Shown: one piece after another, positions 25,861 through 40,584 of the stretch | How the letters are laid out: every line of letters starts with the position of its first letter | Position numbering within the stretch: the stretch's first letter is position 1 | Assembly (NCBI RefSeq): GCF_006345805.1 | Contig: NC_043000.1 | Span: forward strand, 72,726,001 to 72,790,000 | Origin: Octopus sinensis | Taxonomy: Eukaryota | DNA: 64,000 nucleotides | Direction: 5' to 3' | Position numbers and translations under genes: made by a program | The notes under the pieces: model-generated | Told to the model about the DNA's origin: nothing | What the model saw: the letters and a program-made list of their open reading frames with translations, nothing else | Database searches by the model: none

Positions 25861-27500
25861 TATGACTCCCTCGTGTGCAACCTGATTGTTATGTCTTGTT
25901 ATGATCTTCCTCCACACAAACATTCACTCATTAAATGTCATGTAAAACCTATGATTTCTGAAGTTATGCTCTTTCTCCAATGAAGTGCAACTGTTCTTTG
26001 ATCCAGTTTGTAAGGACATTGCACTCAAACTTCGTACTGATGAGTTTTATTAGAGTTATCTTCAGGATAACAATATGAGAGCATAAGTAACATTTAAAGA
26101 ATTTTATTTTTACAAAACATCTTCAGCACAAATTTGAATGACTTCCTTGCCCAGTTTGAATTTCTTTATTAAAAATCATTGCAGCTTGGAATTTCTTTGG
26201 TGTCCAGAAGTTCTTAACACTTAATGCTGTTAACATAACAAATGAAAATGCAAAGCTGTTATGTATGATAGAGGGATAGGGACAGATGTCTTGCTGTAGG
26301 GAAGATACACAGTTATCTCAGTTGGAAAAGAAAGAGGATGGTGATGATGTCTCAGGGTGTAACCTCAAGTTATAGAAAGATGAATATAAGAGAAGTGGTA
26401 ACGACAAGTAAATTCATAGTAGTATGAGAAGTGAATGGCAGATGGGCAGCAATGGGCTAGAGGGAAATGCAGTGAGTGGTGAAAACAGATGGAGGCATAG
26501 TTAATCCTGAATGTCAGTTGGAAGGAAAGATGGGGGAAGGTGTGAGTCAGAGAGGTAATAGGTGGCAGCAAAGTTGATGTGAAGTGTGTGAGGGGGTGGG
26601 GTGCCAGAGACATGCACAATGCCAGGGACATAGTGACAACTATAGTAAAACCAATGATATAGCTGATTGACAAAAATTCTTAAGGTGGAAGTTCTCTTAT
26701 GTTTTTCAGTAGTTATATAAATAGAAAGAAACATGAATAATAAGATAGGCATGGCTGTGAGATAAGAACCTTGCTTCCTAATCAATAGTTCTGAGTTCAG
26801 TCCCACTGCATGGCACATTGGGAAATTATCTTCTACTATACTCTGGGCTGGCCAAAGCCTTGTGAATGGATTTGATAGAGGGAAACTGAAAGAAACCTGT
26901 GTGTGTGTTGTTTTTATCCTCCACCACTGCTTGACAACCAGTGTTGGTTTGTTTACATCTCTGTAACTTAGCAGTTTAGCAAAAGATAGTGATAGAATAA
27001 GTGCCAAACTTAAAAAATAAATACTGGGGTTTGATTTCCTTGACCAAACCCTTGAAGGTGGTGTCCTTGCATGGCTGTAGTCCAATGACTGAAACAAGTA
27101 AAAGATAAAAAAATAATAATAAGCCTTGATAAATGTGAAAAAGCTACCTTCATCAAAGAGTAACTGTCAAAAACATCCAATGTTGAATTTGATCAAAAAA
27201 TTGCTGATATACTCCCATGGTATAAATACTTGGAAGTATTGGTTGTAATAGAATCCAGCACTCAACAGTTAGGGAAAAGATCAGAAAAGAATGCTATCAC
27301 AATAATTGAATGGTCAAGTGCTGAAATTTGTAAGCTTGATAGAAAAATTCAGAAATTTTCAACAGTGAATAAAATGCACCACCTTAAAGCAGACATCAAA
27401 TGATTCTTCTGACTATGAAGAGAAGGAAGCCATGGACTCCTACAACTTGAATTGTCAGTGAAAATTACCATAATCGGTCAAAACTCTTATCTGAAAAACT

Positions 27501-27710
27501 TTTATATCCTTGACAAATGTTGGAGATATATAATGTAATGAAGTGGAGGTAAAATCAATGTGTTCCCATGATGTACTTTGCGAGACTCCAAAACGCCCTC
27601 TCAACAACTCCTATCGACATTTCATCTCAACCAATAGGCTACTCTTTATAAGAGTTCAGCTAGTCCATTCTTCTAATCCCCCAGGGGTATCAATGACTCT
27701 CGCCACAACA
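27501..27710 (-). repeat. Gypsy 3' LTR (~210 bp)
   Basis: Direct repeat of 31133-31342. Begins TGTTGTGG on the - strand right after the PPT. Confidence 0.88.
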
Positions 27711-30700
27711 TCTCCTCCTTCGAGATTGACGTTTGTTGGAAGTTAATATTATTTTTATTTATTTATTTTTCTTTCATCACATCTCCCTTTTTGAGATTTT
27801 TCTTCTAGGGAAGTTTAATATTTCTTCCATTTAGGCACTCTTTCCAGCCGTTCTGTTTGTTTCCTCTTTCTTGTGCTGCTATGCCTAGGTTCAATTTCTT
27901 GTGACATTGGAACATCAAAAGTGTGATAGAACACTTCCATGGGTATCTCTTTTCTTTTTTCCATATATATCTACTTTTTAGCTGATTTTGCCTATTCTTT
28001 TTGCTACTACCCCATCTTCCCAACCATGCCTTCCATTTTTATATATTTTAAAATACACCTTGTTCCTGATATTAAAATACTTTGTTGTATTTTTCGTGTT
28101 TTCCCTGTTTGTTTTTCTTACTGGTTACAGCTTGTCGAAAATTGACTTTATTTTTTGAGCAAACATTAGTTCTGCCAGTGACTTACCTGAAAAAGTGTTT
28201 GGGTTTGGTGTTATTGTGCATTGTGTCAATGCTGTGTCATCGACTAGCTTGTTTTTTTCATTTCTTTAATACTCTTTTTAATGTCTCCACAAACCTTTCC
28301 GGTTGCCTGTTTGATTGTGAGTGATATGGAGGAATAGTGATATGTTCAAAAATTCTTAAATTCATTCGTCATGAATTGTGTACCGTTATCAGAGACTATG
28401 GTATCCAGACACCATACCTAGTTAAAAGTTCATGTAGAAATCCCACTGTTACTGTGGATGTCAATTTGTTACATTTACATATTTCTGGCCATTTTGAAAA
28501 GCTATCTACCATTATTAGATAATATGATTGGTTTAATGGTCCGGTGAAGTCTATGTATAGTCTGGACCATGGAATATTGGCCTTGGGCCTAGGTTGAAAA
28601 TTTATAGGAGGTGATTTCACTGCAAAAGCACAACCTCTTCAAGATTTTACCAACTTCTCAATATCTAGATCCATTTTTGGCCAGTAAAAGTAACTCCTCA
28701 TAAGTGGCTTTTTGTTTCTTCTGATATCACTATTTTTTTCATTTTTACGGTAAACTTGTCTGTCTCTGCCTTAATTTTTATTTCCTCCAATGTCACAGGC
28801 AATTCATGCACAACATTGCACAATATATTTTTAATTTTATTTTCGGCTTTTAACACCGCTATTACTGTGTCTTCTAGTGGTTCTCTGTATTTTGGTATTA
28901 ACCTTGACAAACCATCTGCATGTCTCAATTTTTTTGATGGCAAATACTTCATTTTGAAGTTGTAATTCAGTAGGATTATTCCCCAGTACGGCAATCTGTT
29001 GGTTGTATGTGTGGGGATACCCTTTTTTGATCCATAGAATGACAATAATGGGTAGTGGTCTGTCTGCAGACGGAACCTTCTTCCATGTATAAATTTATGG
29101 AATTTTTTTACTGCAAATATGATGGCTAATGCCACTTTTTCTATTTGAGTGTAGCTTTTCTCAGCTGGCAATTATGAATACAAAGCATGAGCCACTACTT
29201 TCAGGCTACCATCTTCATATTTGTGTAAAATCACAGCTCCAATACCACTTTCACTAGCATCTGCTGCCACTACTATTTCTAAATTCAGATCAACATGTGA
29301 TAACAATAATTCTGATGTTAAGACGTTTTTAGTTTCTTCAAAAACTTTTTGGCATTTGTCCGACCAGTTCCACTTAATGTCTTTTTTTAACAAGCTATTC
29401 AGAGGTGCTCTTAAATTGTGCATATTTGTTATGTATACCTGGTAGTAATTTGCAATCCCCCAAATGGCTTGTAACATTTTAATGTTTGTTAGGGGAGGCA
29501 TATTTTTTTATTGCACTTGCCCTAGGTCTGTGTCTGCTCAGCATACTGACTCTGAGATTCACTTTTTATGGGTATGTTGTCAAGTTAAGCTACAGCAAAA
29601 TCTGAACTTGCGAGCATAATGTCCATAACTTGTTGGAAAATGCCAGGTACTAACTTTATACTAAAGGGGAGTCAATTTAATTTATACAGCCCTATATGGG
29701 TATTTATTGTTAATAATTTTGAACATTCCTCATCGACTTTTACTTGCAAATATGCTTCAGATAGGTCCAAATTTTAAAAAATTTTCCTCCATTCAACTTT
29801 GCGAAAATTTACTCTGGACTTGGTAATGGGTAATTATATAGCATCAAACATTCGTTTAATCCTGTTGAAAAATCAGCACATACTTGGATTTTTTTTTTTT
29901 TTTCTTGACATAAACTGTTGGGGATGCCCAACAATGCCAAGCTTTTCAAGACTATCCAATTCTTCGTTGACTTGTTTCAATGCTGTGAAAGATAGCATTC
30001 ATTTAGGTTTAAATACTGGTATAGTGTTTTCTTTCACTTGAAACTTTGCCTATGTTGGTGCAAAGACCCAATTCTTCAGAAAAAACTTCAGGAAAAATCT
30101 TTTAAAATTCTTTTTTTAAATCCTCTGATGCCTTATTTGTACTGGTGGAAGAACCATTCACAATTTTGCAAAAAATAATTATGGGAAGGTCCCATAAGTT
30201 AAATAGTTCCATCCAGTCTGTTCCAAATAAATTTGTCATATTTTTCAACACAAAAACTTTGGCTTTCAAGGATTTGCCATGAAATGTCACATCACTAAAC
30301 ATTTTGCCCATAAAATGCAATTTTTTTCCTGAAACACTTCGCACAATTTTCAAAGTTTCCTTTAATCTAGGTTTCCCTGTTTTTCTCCATGTATCTGTAT
30401 TATTGTGATATCACTGCTCATATCCAATTGTAACTTGGTATTCACATTATTAATTTTCATAGACACAAATTTTCTTTTCTGAGCCTTGCTTAGAATTTTT
30501 GTTAGCAATACATTCTTTCTAGAATTGTTTTTGCTTGACCCTTTTTTTTGTTTCACTTATACAATGTGACTTTTTATGTCCAATTTTCCCACACTCAAAA
30601 CATATATGATTTTTAAAAGGACAGTTACTTCTAAAATGTAAACCACTGCACCCATAGCATGGATTTGGTCTTGACGTTTGTTTTCCCTTATCCATTTCAG

Positions 30701-31132
30701 GTTGATATGCATGTATATGAGAGCAATCTTTTACTTTAATTTTATCCATGTCATGTCTTAAATTTATAATTCTCTGACGTTCTTCAGCCACTACCTGTAG
30801 ATTTAATTTTTGGTCCTGTTCTAATTTTGTTAATATCTGGGAATCTTTGAAAATATGTAGAAAAAGTAGTACCTTCTTCTAGGTTATAAATAAATTCTCC
30901 AATTGAGTTTGCTACGCCATCTGATGAGAACAAACCTGAAGTGTTTTCAGACTTCTTCAACACTACTTCCTGCAACTGTTTGTATTGTTGTTGTTGCTGT
31001 TGTAGTTGTTGTAACTGCTGTAGTTACTGTTGCAACTGCAATAAGTCTTCCATGTTAATGATTTTTCTTTGATTTCGTACCAAGAAAAACATTTTAATAT
31101 CCAATGCAAGCTTCAAATATCTCGTTGCCACA

Positions 31133-31342
31133 TTTATATCCTTGACAAACGTTGGATATACATAATTTAATAAAGTGGAGGTAAAATGAATGTGTTCACA
31201 TGACGTACTCCATGAGACTCGAAAACTCCCTCTCAACAACTCCTATCGACCTTTGGTCTCAACCAGTATGCTACTCTTTATAAGAGTCAAGCTGGTCCAT
31301 TCTTCCAATCCGTCAGGGGTGTCAATGACTCTTGCCACAATA
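31133..31342 (-). repeat. Gypsy 5' LTR (~210 bp)
   Basis: Direct repeat of 27501-27710, followed on the - strand by the PBS. Confidence 0.88.
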
Positions 31343-32499
31343 AAATTCTGTGTACTGGATCCTAAAACTTGTTTTAAGGTATGAAAATAGCAAAAAATTG
31401 TATTCAGTAACAAAAAAGCAAGAAAATATCTGAAAGATTATTAGTGAGGGCTAACAGTGCTGATGTTGACAAAACTCTTACCCATCAATGGTTAGTTTCC
31501 TCTGGTTTAAAATCAGTGATGGAAGGATTTTGTCATAGCAGCCCAGGATCTACCAACTAGAAGAAGCTATCAGGCCAACATCTTAAAGAATGACTGCAGC
31601 CCAACATGTTGAGTGTAAAAAAAAAAAAAAAAAAAAAAAACCAGCCTGAAACCACCAATCCCGTCATCTCCATGTGTAACTTCCCTTGTTCCCTTAGAAT
31701 ATCTCAACAAGCATGATAAAGCTACTCAGTATATCTACTAGGGGATTTGTGAGGAACCTGCTTCATCTTGGAAACTGGTGGGAACACACACCACTTCCAG
31801 TGCTTGTAAATGATCATATCTCTCTCCTATGGAACTTTTCCATTCAAGTTGACAGAAAGACAAATGCAAATAGGCCAGATTTATATTGAAGGATTTCACT
31901 TCACATGAAAATCTTGCCTCCTTATTGATATAATACTCCCAATTAATATAAATATATCTATCAAGACCTACCAACAGTTGAGCAACCACAAACATCTTGA
32001 AAAAGATTGGCAAGACTAGAACAATACCTGTGATTGTAGGTGTTCTAGGAATATTAGCTAAAGCAGCTGATAATTACCTGTCATTTCTCAGGGAATCCAA
32101 AAATGAAAGAAATTCAGAATATAACTCCAAAACAATCTTTTTTCACTTATCAAAAGCACATTTTCTAAAATAATTCCTCTTACAAATTCAAGGTACACAA
32201 AACACAAATCCCTGTCAACGAACTACATTCTTCCCCCAAAACATGACAGTTATAAACCATCCTAGTCATAATGCCCATTTGAAATTAAAACTTGCAGTCT
32301 CTTGAGGTCTGTGGGTGAGACTTGTATGAATACAATGCACAGTCCAAACATTATAATGATGATAGTAATAACAATAACAACAAAGAAACAAAGAGGATAA
32401 AAATAAAATAATTAGAATAAAAATAGAATAAAAAATGAATTTACAAAATAAATTTTGGAAAGTGGAATATGGAGGGATGGAGATAGAGCACCTCTTGCA

Positions 32500-33130
32500 T
32501 AAGATGTATAGGTGTTACTCTGTTCAGACTTGCAGTTGAAACTATGCTTGTACTCACGTATGTAGAAAAACTCAGTGACTTGCGTCAACATAATATCAGA
32601 GACATCACTAGATAAGATGTCTAACCTAAGTCTTATTTAGGGAGCCATAATGGCAAGTAGATAGAATTGGGGTGAGTAATAGAGCAAAGAAAAGTTTTAA
32701 ATGCACTTTTTAAAAAGGCTGTAGATGGACATGTCCGCTTTACCGCAAGTTCTGGAACAGGGTAATTAAATATACTGGTAAGGTGATTAAAATTAAAACA
32801 TAGTATGACAAGCAATTTGATAGTGTTCTGTTTGTAGATGTGACACCAAATAGTGAACTAGCTGGTATATTTAGGAATACCTCTAACTTCAAGGTTGTTG
32901 AAAATTCAAGCAGACCTATTAAATCTTTCGTTGTTACTGAGTTCACCTCCCTCCAAAACCATAAAATTTGTAGAGTTAATCAACTGTATCCTTCAGCCAA
33001 CATATGTATTTCCCTCTCTGTGTTTGATATCATTCATTATAGATGAGAAATATTATAATCTTCAAAACTGAATATAAACTTTAGATTTCTTAAGGTGGTG
33101 AAGTGATAACTTGAATGACAAGAATAAGTA
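32500..33130 (-). mobile_element. Old CR1/L2-like LINE 3' fragment
   Basis: Weak RT C-terminal-like translation (IW.H....IKLL...FT...LRL.DILS.D..DI). Heavily decayed. Confidence 0.4.
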
Positions 33131-33203
33131 ACTGACACCAAATTGTCAACTTATTTTATTTGTATATTGTCATTTGTCATGGTAAAAGTCACTAAAGTAA
33201 TAG

Positions 33204-33374
<171 letters not shown>

Positions 33375-33537
33375 TAAATATGTTGCTCTATACAAATATA
33401 AGTAAAAACTGAATACTGGGATGATTGATAAGACCAAATGGATGGTTAACATTAGTCTAAGATAGTGATTAGGATGTTAAAAAATGAAAGGAATTTTTAT
33501 GAGGGTAGATAGAATGAATAATGTTCAGAATGTAAAT

Positions 33538-34829
33538 GCGAGGGGGTACCCAAAAGAAACTGGAATTTTATAATATTATTTTATTCACCTACTTTTACAT
33601 GTTTACACTTTTATTGCCTTCAAAGTATTCTTCATTTGAAGCAATGCATCAGTCCAGATGCATTTTCCACTGTTCATAGCAGTCCTCTTGCAAAGTGATG
33701 CTTTTTAATGCTTCCATCATATTTTTCATCTCTTCCACATCTGTAAAATGTTTTCCTTTAAGGACTTTTTTCATTTGGGGTGATAAAAAAAGTTGCTGGG
33801 AGCAAGATCAGGTGAATAGGGAGGGTGGGTAAGCTGGGTCATTTTTGGTTAAGACTGTCTCACCCTGAAGGTGGTGTGTGCAGGCACATTGTCGTGATGA
33901 AACCAACATTCTCCACTTTGCCACAGGTTAGGATATTTTTGTCTCTCTGCGTCTCACATGCGCTTCAGAACTTTCAAGTAAAATGTCTGGTTAACAGTTT
34001 GACCAGGAAAAATAATAAATTCTGTGTGAACAATTCCTTTCGCGTCAATGAAACAAATCAGCATTGTCTTGATACTGGACTTCACTCAACACACTTTTTT
34101 GGGGTGTGGTGACATTGAATGCTTCCATTGACTTGATTGCTGCTTCATGTCCAGCTTTCATCACCAGTGGTGACCTTTGAAAAATGACCTTATCAACTTC
34201 TAACTGTTCTTTCAGTTCATGACACACATTCAGTTGTGACTGCTTTTGATTTTTTTTGTGAGCAAATGAGGCACAAATTTTGCTGCACCTTTTTTAATTT
34301 GCAACTCCCTTCTCAAAATTCATTGGCAGGAGTTCCATGATACACTAGTCATATCAACAAGCTTGTTAGTTGTTTGGTGACAATCTTCCAAGATCAGTTC
34401 ATGAACTTTTAGGATGTTTTCATTCGTTCAGAAAGTGAAGAGTTGCCCTGAATGAGGTTGATCTTCAAACAACAAGTGACCACTCCAAAACCGTGAAAAC
34501 CACTCGTAAACTTGTGTTTTGCTCATGGCAGTATCCTTGTAAGCTGTTTAAAGCATGACAATTGTTTTGGCTACCATTTACCCCAGTAGAAAATAGAATT
34601 TCCTGGAAGCATGCTGTTCCTTCATTTCAGCCATTGCAAACATTGACAAACAGGGGAGAAGCACTACAAAGCAATGCTGTACTACATGGCAATACAACTT
34701 CAGACACTACTGCTGGTTGGCAGACTGATGCCTGAGGGTTACATCAAGTTGCTTCTAGCAGCAGAAGTCTGAACTACAACTAGTTTGTCCCACAGAAAAC
34801 ATTTCTAATTACTTTTGAGTACCCCATTG
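33538..34829 (-). mobile_element. Mariner (Tc1/mariner) transposon, decayed full length
   Basis: Minus-strand motifs TTGDESW (~34160), HHDNVPAH (~33890), HPPYSPDLAPSNFF (~33800). Imperfect TIRs ggggtacccaaaag / cttttgagtacccc. Confidence 0.85.
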
Positions 34830-34831
34830 TA

Positions 34832-35990
34832 TTGGGTTGTCACAAATTCAATAATTTCTTTTCAATATTATTGGAATTAACACATAAAATACTTTTATCA
34901 TAGTGTTGTATGGGGCTTTGTTTTGTAGCTCTATTTTTACTCTACAACTTTTGTTTACCATTTTTGATTAAATTTTACCTCTTTTCAGACATGGTAATGG
35001 AGTGCTAAATAGGAAAAGAAAATGGGCATTTTTGACACTTTCTTTTTGCTTTCAATTAAGATTCTTTTTGCTTTCAAATAAGATTATGGCATTTGTGATA
35101 TGTAATGAGAAGGTACTATTACTGAAAGAGATGCACAGAAATTGTTTTCGTAGTTGGAGAGGAAATTTGACCTTAGTATTTCAGCCAACCTGTAGAGTTC
35201 AATGAGGATTGATTAAATGAGCTCATCCATGAGTATTGCACAAATCCACTAAGGAATTGGCTCAGCAGGTGGGATGCTTTCATGATATAGTCACACATTA
35301 CCTTCACATGATAGGCAAGGTTAAAAAATTCAGTGATGGGGCCATATACACTAAATAAAGAGATAAACTCCAGTTGTCCTCTATTCTTGCCAGTTTGCTC
35401 ACAAAGGAGAGAATGGCTGAGTCCCAATAATCAAGCAACACCTTGAACCAAGTGAGAGCCACATCCATGCAAGACAATGATTTACTTTTGGTGGGATTGG
35501 GAAGAGCTAATCCACCAGGAAATACTTGAAAACAGCCACACCATCAATGCAGAGCTTTATATTCAGCAAATGCACTAGCTCAGTGATGTATTCAAGCTGA
35601 AATGACATGAGTGACAACATGGTGTACTTCTTCAGTGCCCCACTCCTACTGCTAATTTGACCAAAACACTGTTCAAGAGCATGTTTAGGAAGTTCTACTG
35701 CATCCACTGTAATCTAATATAGCTTCTTCAGATTATTACCTTTTTCAGTTGCTGTCCAGCAGCCTGAAAGGTGTTTTGATCAACAACATGGAGCTGAAAA
35801 TGTGGCTTCATGAATTCTTCAAGTCAAGACCTAGTGATTTCTACCTTCAATTGACTAACTAGTAGAAAGTTGGCAAAAAGTTCTGAACAATGAAAGAGAA
35901 TATATTATTGACTGATTTGTTAAAATTGTTGATGAAAAATAAAGATCAAAATAAATGGGGGGAAAAAATGAATTTATTTGATAGCCTAGC
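34832..35990 (+). mobile_element. Second mariner relic abutting the first
   Basis: TA-ttgggttgtcacaaattca and tgaatttatttgatagcctag termini. IASSDYYLF and LVESWQKVLNNEREYIID C-terminal motifs. Confidence 0.75.
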
Positions 35991-36426
35991 AAGTTCTTAA
36001 TAACTAGCCCCAAAACTTAGACTGAAGTGTAGAAGTTAGAATGAGAAAATTGTTTAAACTTTATGCTATCATATAAAAACATGAAACTATTAGAATTATA
36101 TTATGTGAAATTCATAAAATACCTGAATAGGTATTGATATCAAAATTTAATTCAGAACTGAGTTTTCTAGAATAAGTAGAAAATATAAGCTCTACTAAGA
36201 ATTTTTATTTTATGTAGCAGGAATATGGCTGATTTGAATTTAGACTACGTATGGTATACTATTGCTCCTTCCCTCTTCTGTTAGTGCTGTATAACTCAAT
36301 TATCTGCATTAATGGCTTCATTGTTTTCATGCTCTTGTAAAACTGACCACTTCTTGTGTTGCCATCGTTTATGGTGAATTTGGTATTGACAAACACTGTG
36401 GGTTCTGCATTAGAATAGCCATAATT

Positions 36427-36730
36427 CATCATCATCATCATCATTGTTTAATGTCTGCCTTCCATGCTGGACGGTTTGACTGAAGCTGGGCTAACAGGAG
36501 CCTGCACCAGACTTCTGTCTGATTTGGCAGGGTTTTTATGGCTGGATGCCCTTCCTAACACAAACCACCCAGCTGAGTGGACTGAGTGTTTTTTTATGTG
36601 GCACCAGTATAAGCGAGGTCAGTTTTGGCAATGTTTTTATAGCTAGATCTCTTCCAAATGCCAATCACTTTACAATGTGGACTGGATACTTTTTATGTGA
36701 CATCAGTACTGGCAGGGTCACCAAGTAACT
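36427..36730 (-). mobile_element. RTE-tailed SINE-like repeat
   Basis: (CAT)n-gtttaatgtctgccttccatgctgg...ggctggatgcccttcctaac family signature. Another copy lies at 38138-38580. Confidence 0.7.
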
Positions 36731-37599
36731 TGCAAGATAAAGATTCTTTGAGAGGGAAAGGGTATTGGAGAAGGTGATCTTGCGTCAGATGATGATAGGT
36801 TAGAGTGAGACAGAGAGATAGAAACAGGTGTCTTTCTGTAGAGGAGGTACATGGTTACCTGGCCAGAGAGAGAGAGAGAGTGATCAGGAATGAGGACAGA
36901 AACAGGTGTGTTACTGTAAAGGAGATACTTGGTTACCCAGCCTGAGGGAAGAGCAGAAGGAGAGAGAGTGAGAGAGAGAGCATGGGAGACAGCAAGAATG
37001 CAAGAGAGCAGGAAGGAGATGGTGGCAGAGTGCCAGGCATACTCACAAGGGATGGGAATCAGAATATAAATGGGATGGTAGAGCAAAAGAAGAGAGAGAT
37101 AGATCATGGCAATAATATAAATGGCAGGACATTGCCAAGGAAACATGTGTAGAGAGTGGGGAAGAGAAATGCAGTGAGTGGTGAAAACCTGGGCATATAG
37201 GGGAGTGGGCTACCAGATAGTAATGATACAGTGAACAGGACCATGAGGACAGGATTGGGGAGTAAGAGGTAAGTATGATGCATAAAATAAGAGATGTGAG
37301 GAAAAGAAGAGACGTAGTTGCAATTGTATATTTCTCAAAGGTAAAAATTTGGCCAGTATCAGAAATATAAGGTTGATTTCCTTTAACTGTTGCTGAAAGA
37401 ACACTTCTTTTGGCCAATGGACCAGTCTTATTGCTCTATATTTTACTCGTGTTTGACTAAACAATATGAATGGAATAAAATTATTTTGTCGTATTTGATG
37501 GCAACTTTCTCATGGGAAAATATATTACTTTTGACATACTCATTTTGTCAAAATCTGTTGTGAAATGAATTAATATTGTTCTGAAGCAATCACAACTGA

Positions 37600-37743
<144 letters not shown>

Positions 37744-39270
37744 TAAGTAAATATAGTCCAGCTTTGTTGAATAGCTCTGTTTCTACACAAGCAGACCCAT
37801 GGCATGGCAGTAATCAATCAAATGCTTAACCAACTTATATTAAATAACAGTTCATGTGTAGTACATAATGCAAGCTCACTGTAGTGATGACAAGATTTAC
37901 CAGCTTCATTTAGGCAGATTCTAATTCTGTGTAACCAATTAGATATGGACATAATGAGGAACAAACAGTACACCTGACATTATCTTCAAGCTTTATCATG
38001 TGATGTTATACTGCATTTCTCACTAGATTTAACCACCTGTTCATTTGTTTCGGCTTTGGAGCCTACTTTTGTTCATAAACAGACATCTTTGTGCCAACTT
38101 GAATCACTTACTTGGTGAGATGTTTCTGAGAAGATACATCATCATCATCATTTAACGTCTGTTTTCCATGCTGCAGTGGGTTGGATGGTTTGACTGAAAG
38201 CTTGGGAGCTGCACCAGGTTCCAATCTAATTTGGTACAGTTTCTATGGCTGGATGCCCTTCCTAATACCAACCACTCCAAAAGTGTAGTGGGTGCTTTTT
38301 ATGTGCCAGTGGCACAACACCAGCATTTACCACAACTATGATCTCACTTGGCTTGACAGGTCCTCTCAAGCGCAGTATATTACCAAAGGTCTCAGTCTCT
38401 TGTCACTGCCTTCTTGAGGGCCAACATTTGAAGGGTGCTTTCTGTTCCACTGGCATGGGTGCCAGTTACGCTACACTGGCATTGGCCAAGAGTATGATTT
38501 CACTTGGTTTGATGGGTCTTCTCAAGCACAGCATACCACCCAATGTTTGAAGGGTGCTTTTTATGTGCTACTGACAAAGGGTAGAATAATTTTGGGGCTG
38601 TAGCCCACAAATAGGACTGGCTATAGTTGACAGTGAATATATAACATAAATTAAGATCATAAAGAATAGAGAATAAAACCTGTCAAAGAAAGTTAAAATT
38701 AAGAAGAATGGGTATACACTCTTCTACAGGAACACATTTATAGACATTCACACACACTCATGTCACCAAGTGAATGTCATTTACTGTGGTTATAACTATC
38801 AAGATGGTGGTATTGGTGGCAGACTATCATCTTGCACCCTGCTGTGTAGAAGATTCCACAGATGACCACTCGTTAGGAGATTGGTTCAGTTGACATGCTC
38901 ACATGTACACTTATGTCAGTGTACCTATGTACAACAAGTGAGAGCAACATGCCAAAGAGAGAACTCAGTATATCTCATGGGATATCTTTTTTTACACCAA
39001 GCATCTGAAGTGACACAACTGCAGAATGGGTCAAAATGATTGTTGTGCTGAATAAAGATTCATTTCCTCATCAATATACATGCATAACCCCCCCCCACAT
39101 ATATAAGTGCAGGTGTAGCTATGTGATAAAAAGCTTGCTTTGTAACCACATGGTTCCAGGTTCAGTCCTACTGCATGGCATCTTGGGCTTGTGTCTTCTA
39201 CTATAGTCTCGGGCCAACCAAAGCCTTGTGAGTGGATTTAGTAGATGAAAAGTGAAAGAAGTCTGTTGTG

Positions 39271-40422
39271 TATTGGGTCATCCCTCAAATAATGCGTTTT
39301 TTTTCAATTACATGAACTAAAAGTTGGAGGGGTGTGGGATAAACTACCTGCATCAACTTGTTATAAAAGCTGGTAGTAATTTTAGTACAAGTTTTGAAGA
39401 GTGCAGTTCGATTTTAAGTTATTTTTTCAAGGCTATAATGGGAGTGACAAAGGAGCATATTCAGCATATTTTGCTTTTGAGTTCAATAAAGGCAACAATG
39501 CAATGGATAGTGCAAAGAATATTAATGCAGTATATGGGGATTGGGCAATAAGTGTAATCCAGTTTCAACAGTGGTTCCAGAAATTCCAAGCTGGAAACTA
39601 CAGCTTGGAAGACGAGCCTTGTCCTGAAGATCTGTAGAGCTCAACGAGGGCATTCTTCAAACCCTGGTGGAACAAAATCCATAATAACTGTTAAGGAACT
39701 AGCAGAGAATCTTGGATTTGGTCATTCAACCATTCATTGATACCTGCGTGCCATCAGAAAAGTCAGCAAATTGGGTCAATGGGTTCCTCATAAACTTTCC
39801 AAGTCTAATTGTACGCAGACAGTGAATGTGTGCTCTTCTTTGCTGTCATGTCTATCAAATGCACTATTTTTGGACCAAATAGTGACTGGTGACGAGAAAT
39901 GGGTCTTCTATAAAAATGTCTAGCGCCGAAGATAGTGGGTAGGGAAAGGAGAAACATCAGCACATCAGGCTAAAGAAGGCCTTCAGCTATGTAAGGTGTT
40001 GTTACCTGTTTGGTGGGATATGAAAGGTTTAGTCCACTTTGAACTTTTAAACGCAAACCAAACAGTAACAAAAGAGATCTGCTGTGAGCAGCTTAGGTCA
40101 GCACTAGAAGAAAAATGACCATCCTTGGTTTCATGACGAAGGTATTCTTCCATCAGGATAATGCTCGCCACATAAAGCAAGGACGACGTTCCAAAGGCTG
40201 GAGCAGTTTCAATAGGAAATGATGCCCCACCCACCATACTTGCCAGACGTTGCCCCATCTGATTATCATTTATCAAAATCATTTGGATGGAAAAAATATG
40301 AATGCTGTAGACAAGGCCAGAACACTGGAGGAGTATTTTTCGTCACAGAGAAGTGAATTTTGGAAGAGGGGCCTTGCAAGTCTACCAGATAGATGGAAGA
40401 ACATTGAAGAAAATGAAGGAGA

Positions 40423-40425
<3 letters not shown>
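39271..40425 (+). mobile_element. Mariner transposon relic inserted into a SINE
   Basis: TA-ttgggtcatcc start; WVPHKL, IVTGDEKWV, FHQDNAR, HPPYLPDVAPSDYHL, LPDRWKNIEENEGEY. The right TIR is lost in (TA)n. Confidence 0.88.
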
Positions 40426-40469
<44 letters not shown>

Positions 40470-40584
40470 CATACATATTCAAAATTGTTGCCAGGGTAGC
40501 TCTAGTTGGCCTGCTTCTGTGAAACTGTCTAACTCTTGCTAGCATGGAAAATAAACATTCAATGATGATGATATATATATATAT

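Larger units (their letters stand above)
27501..31342 (-). mobile_element. Ty3/Gypsy LTR retrotransposon, degenerate, both LTRs present
   Basis: Domain order on the - strand: gag (polyQ, knuckles CYGCSGLHFRSNC and CFECGKIGHKKSHC), protease (LDMSSDIT), RT, RNase H (ADASESGIGAV, YTQIEKVALAI, TDH), integrase (PWSRLYIDFTGP, VDSFSKWPE). PBS TGGCAACGAG at 31121-31130, PPT AAGGAGGAGA at 27711-27720. Confidence 0.92.
27200..32360 (+). mobile_element. Dong/R4-like (RLE-type) non-LTR retrotransposon 3' part, interrupted by Gypsy
   Basis: Before the Gypsy: KLDRKI..MHHLKADI..EGSHGLLQLE. After it: VDKTLTHQWLVSSGLKS..EGF.IAAQD, EYLNKHDK..YI, NRPDL, LIDI, IPVIVG.LG (CCHC + PD-(D/E)xK region), ending at a TAA-like tract. 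Confidence 0.75.
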
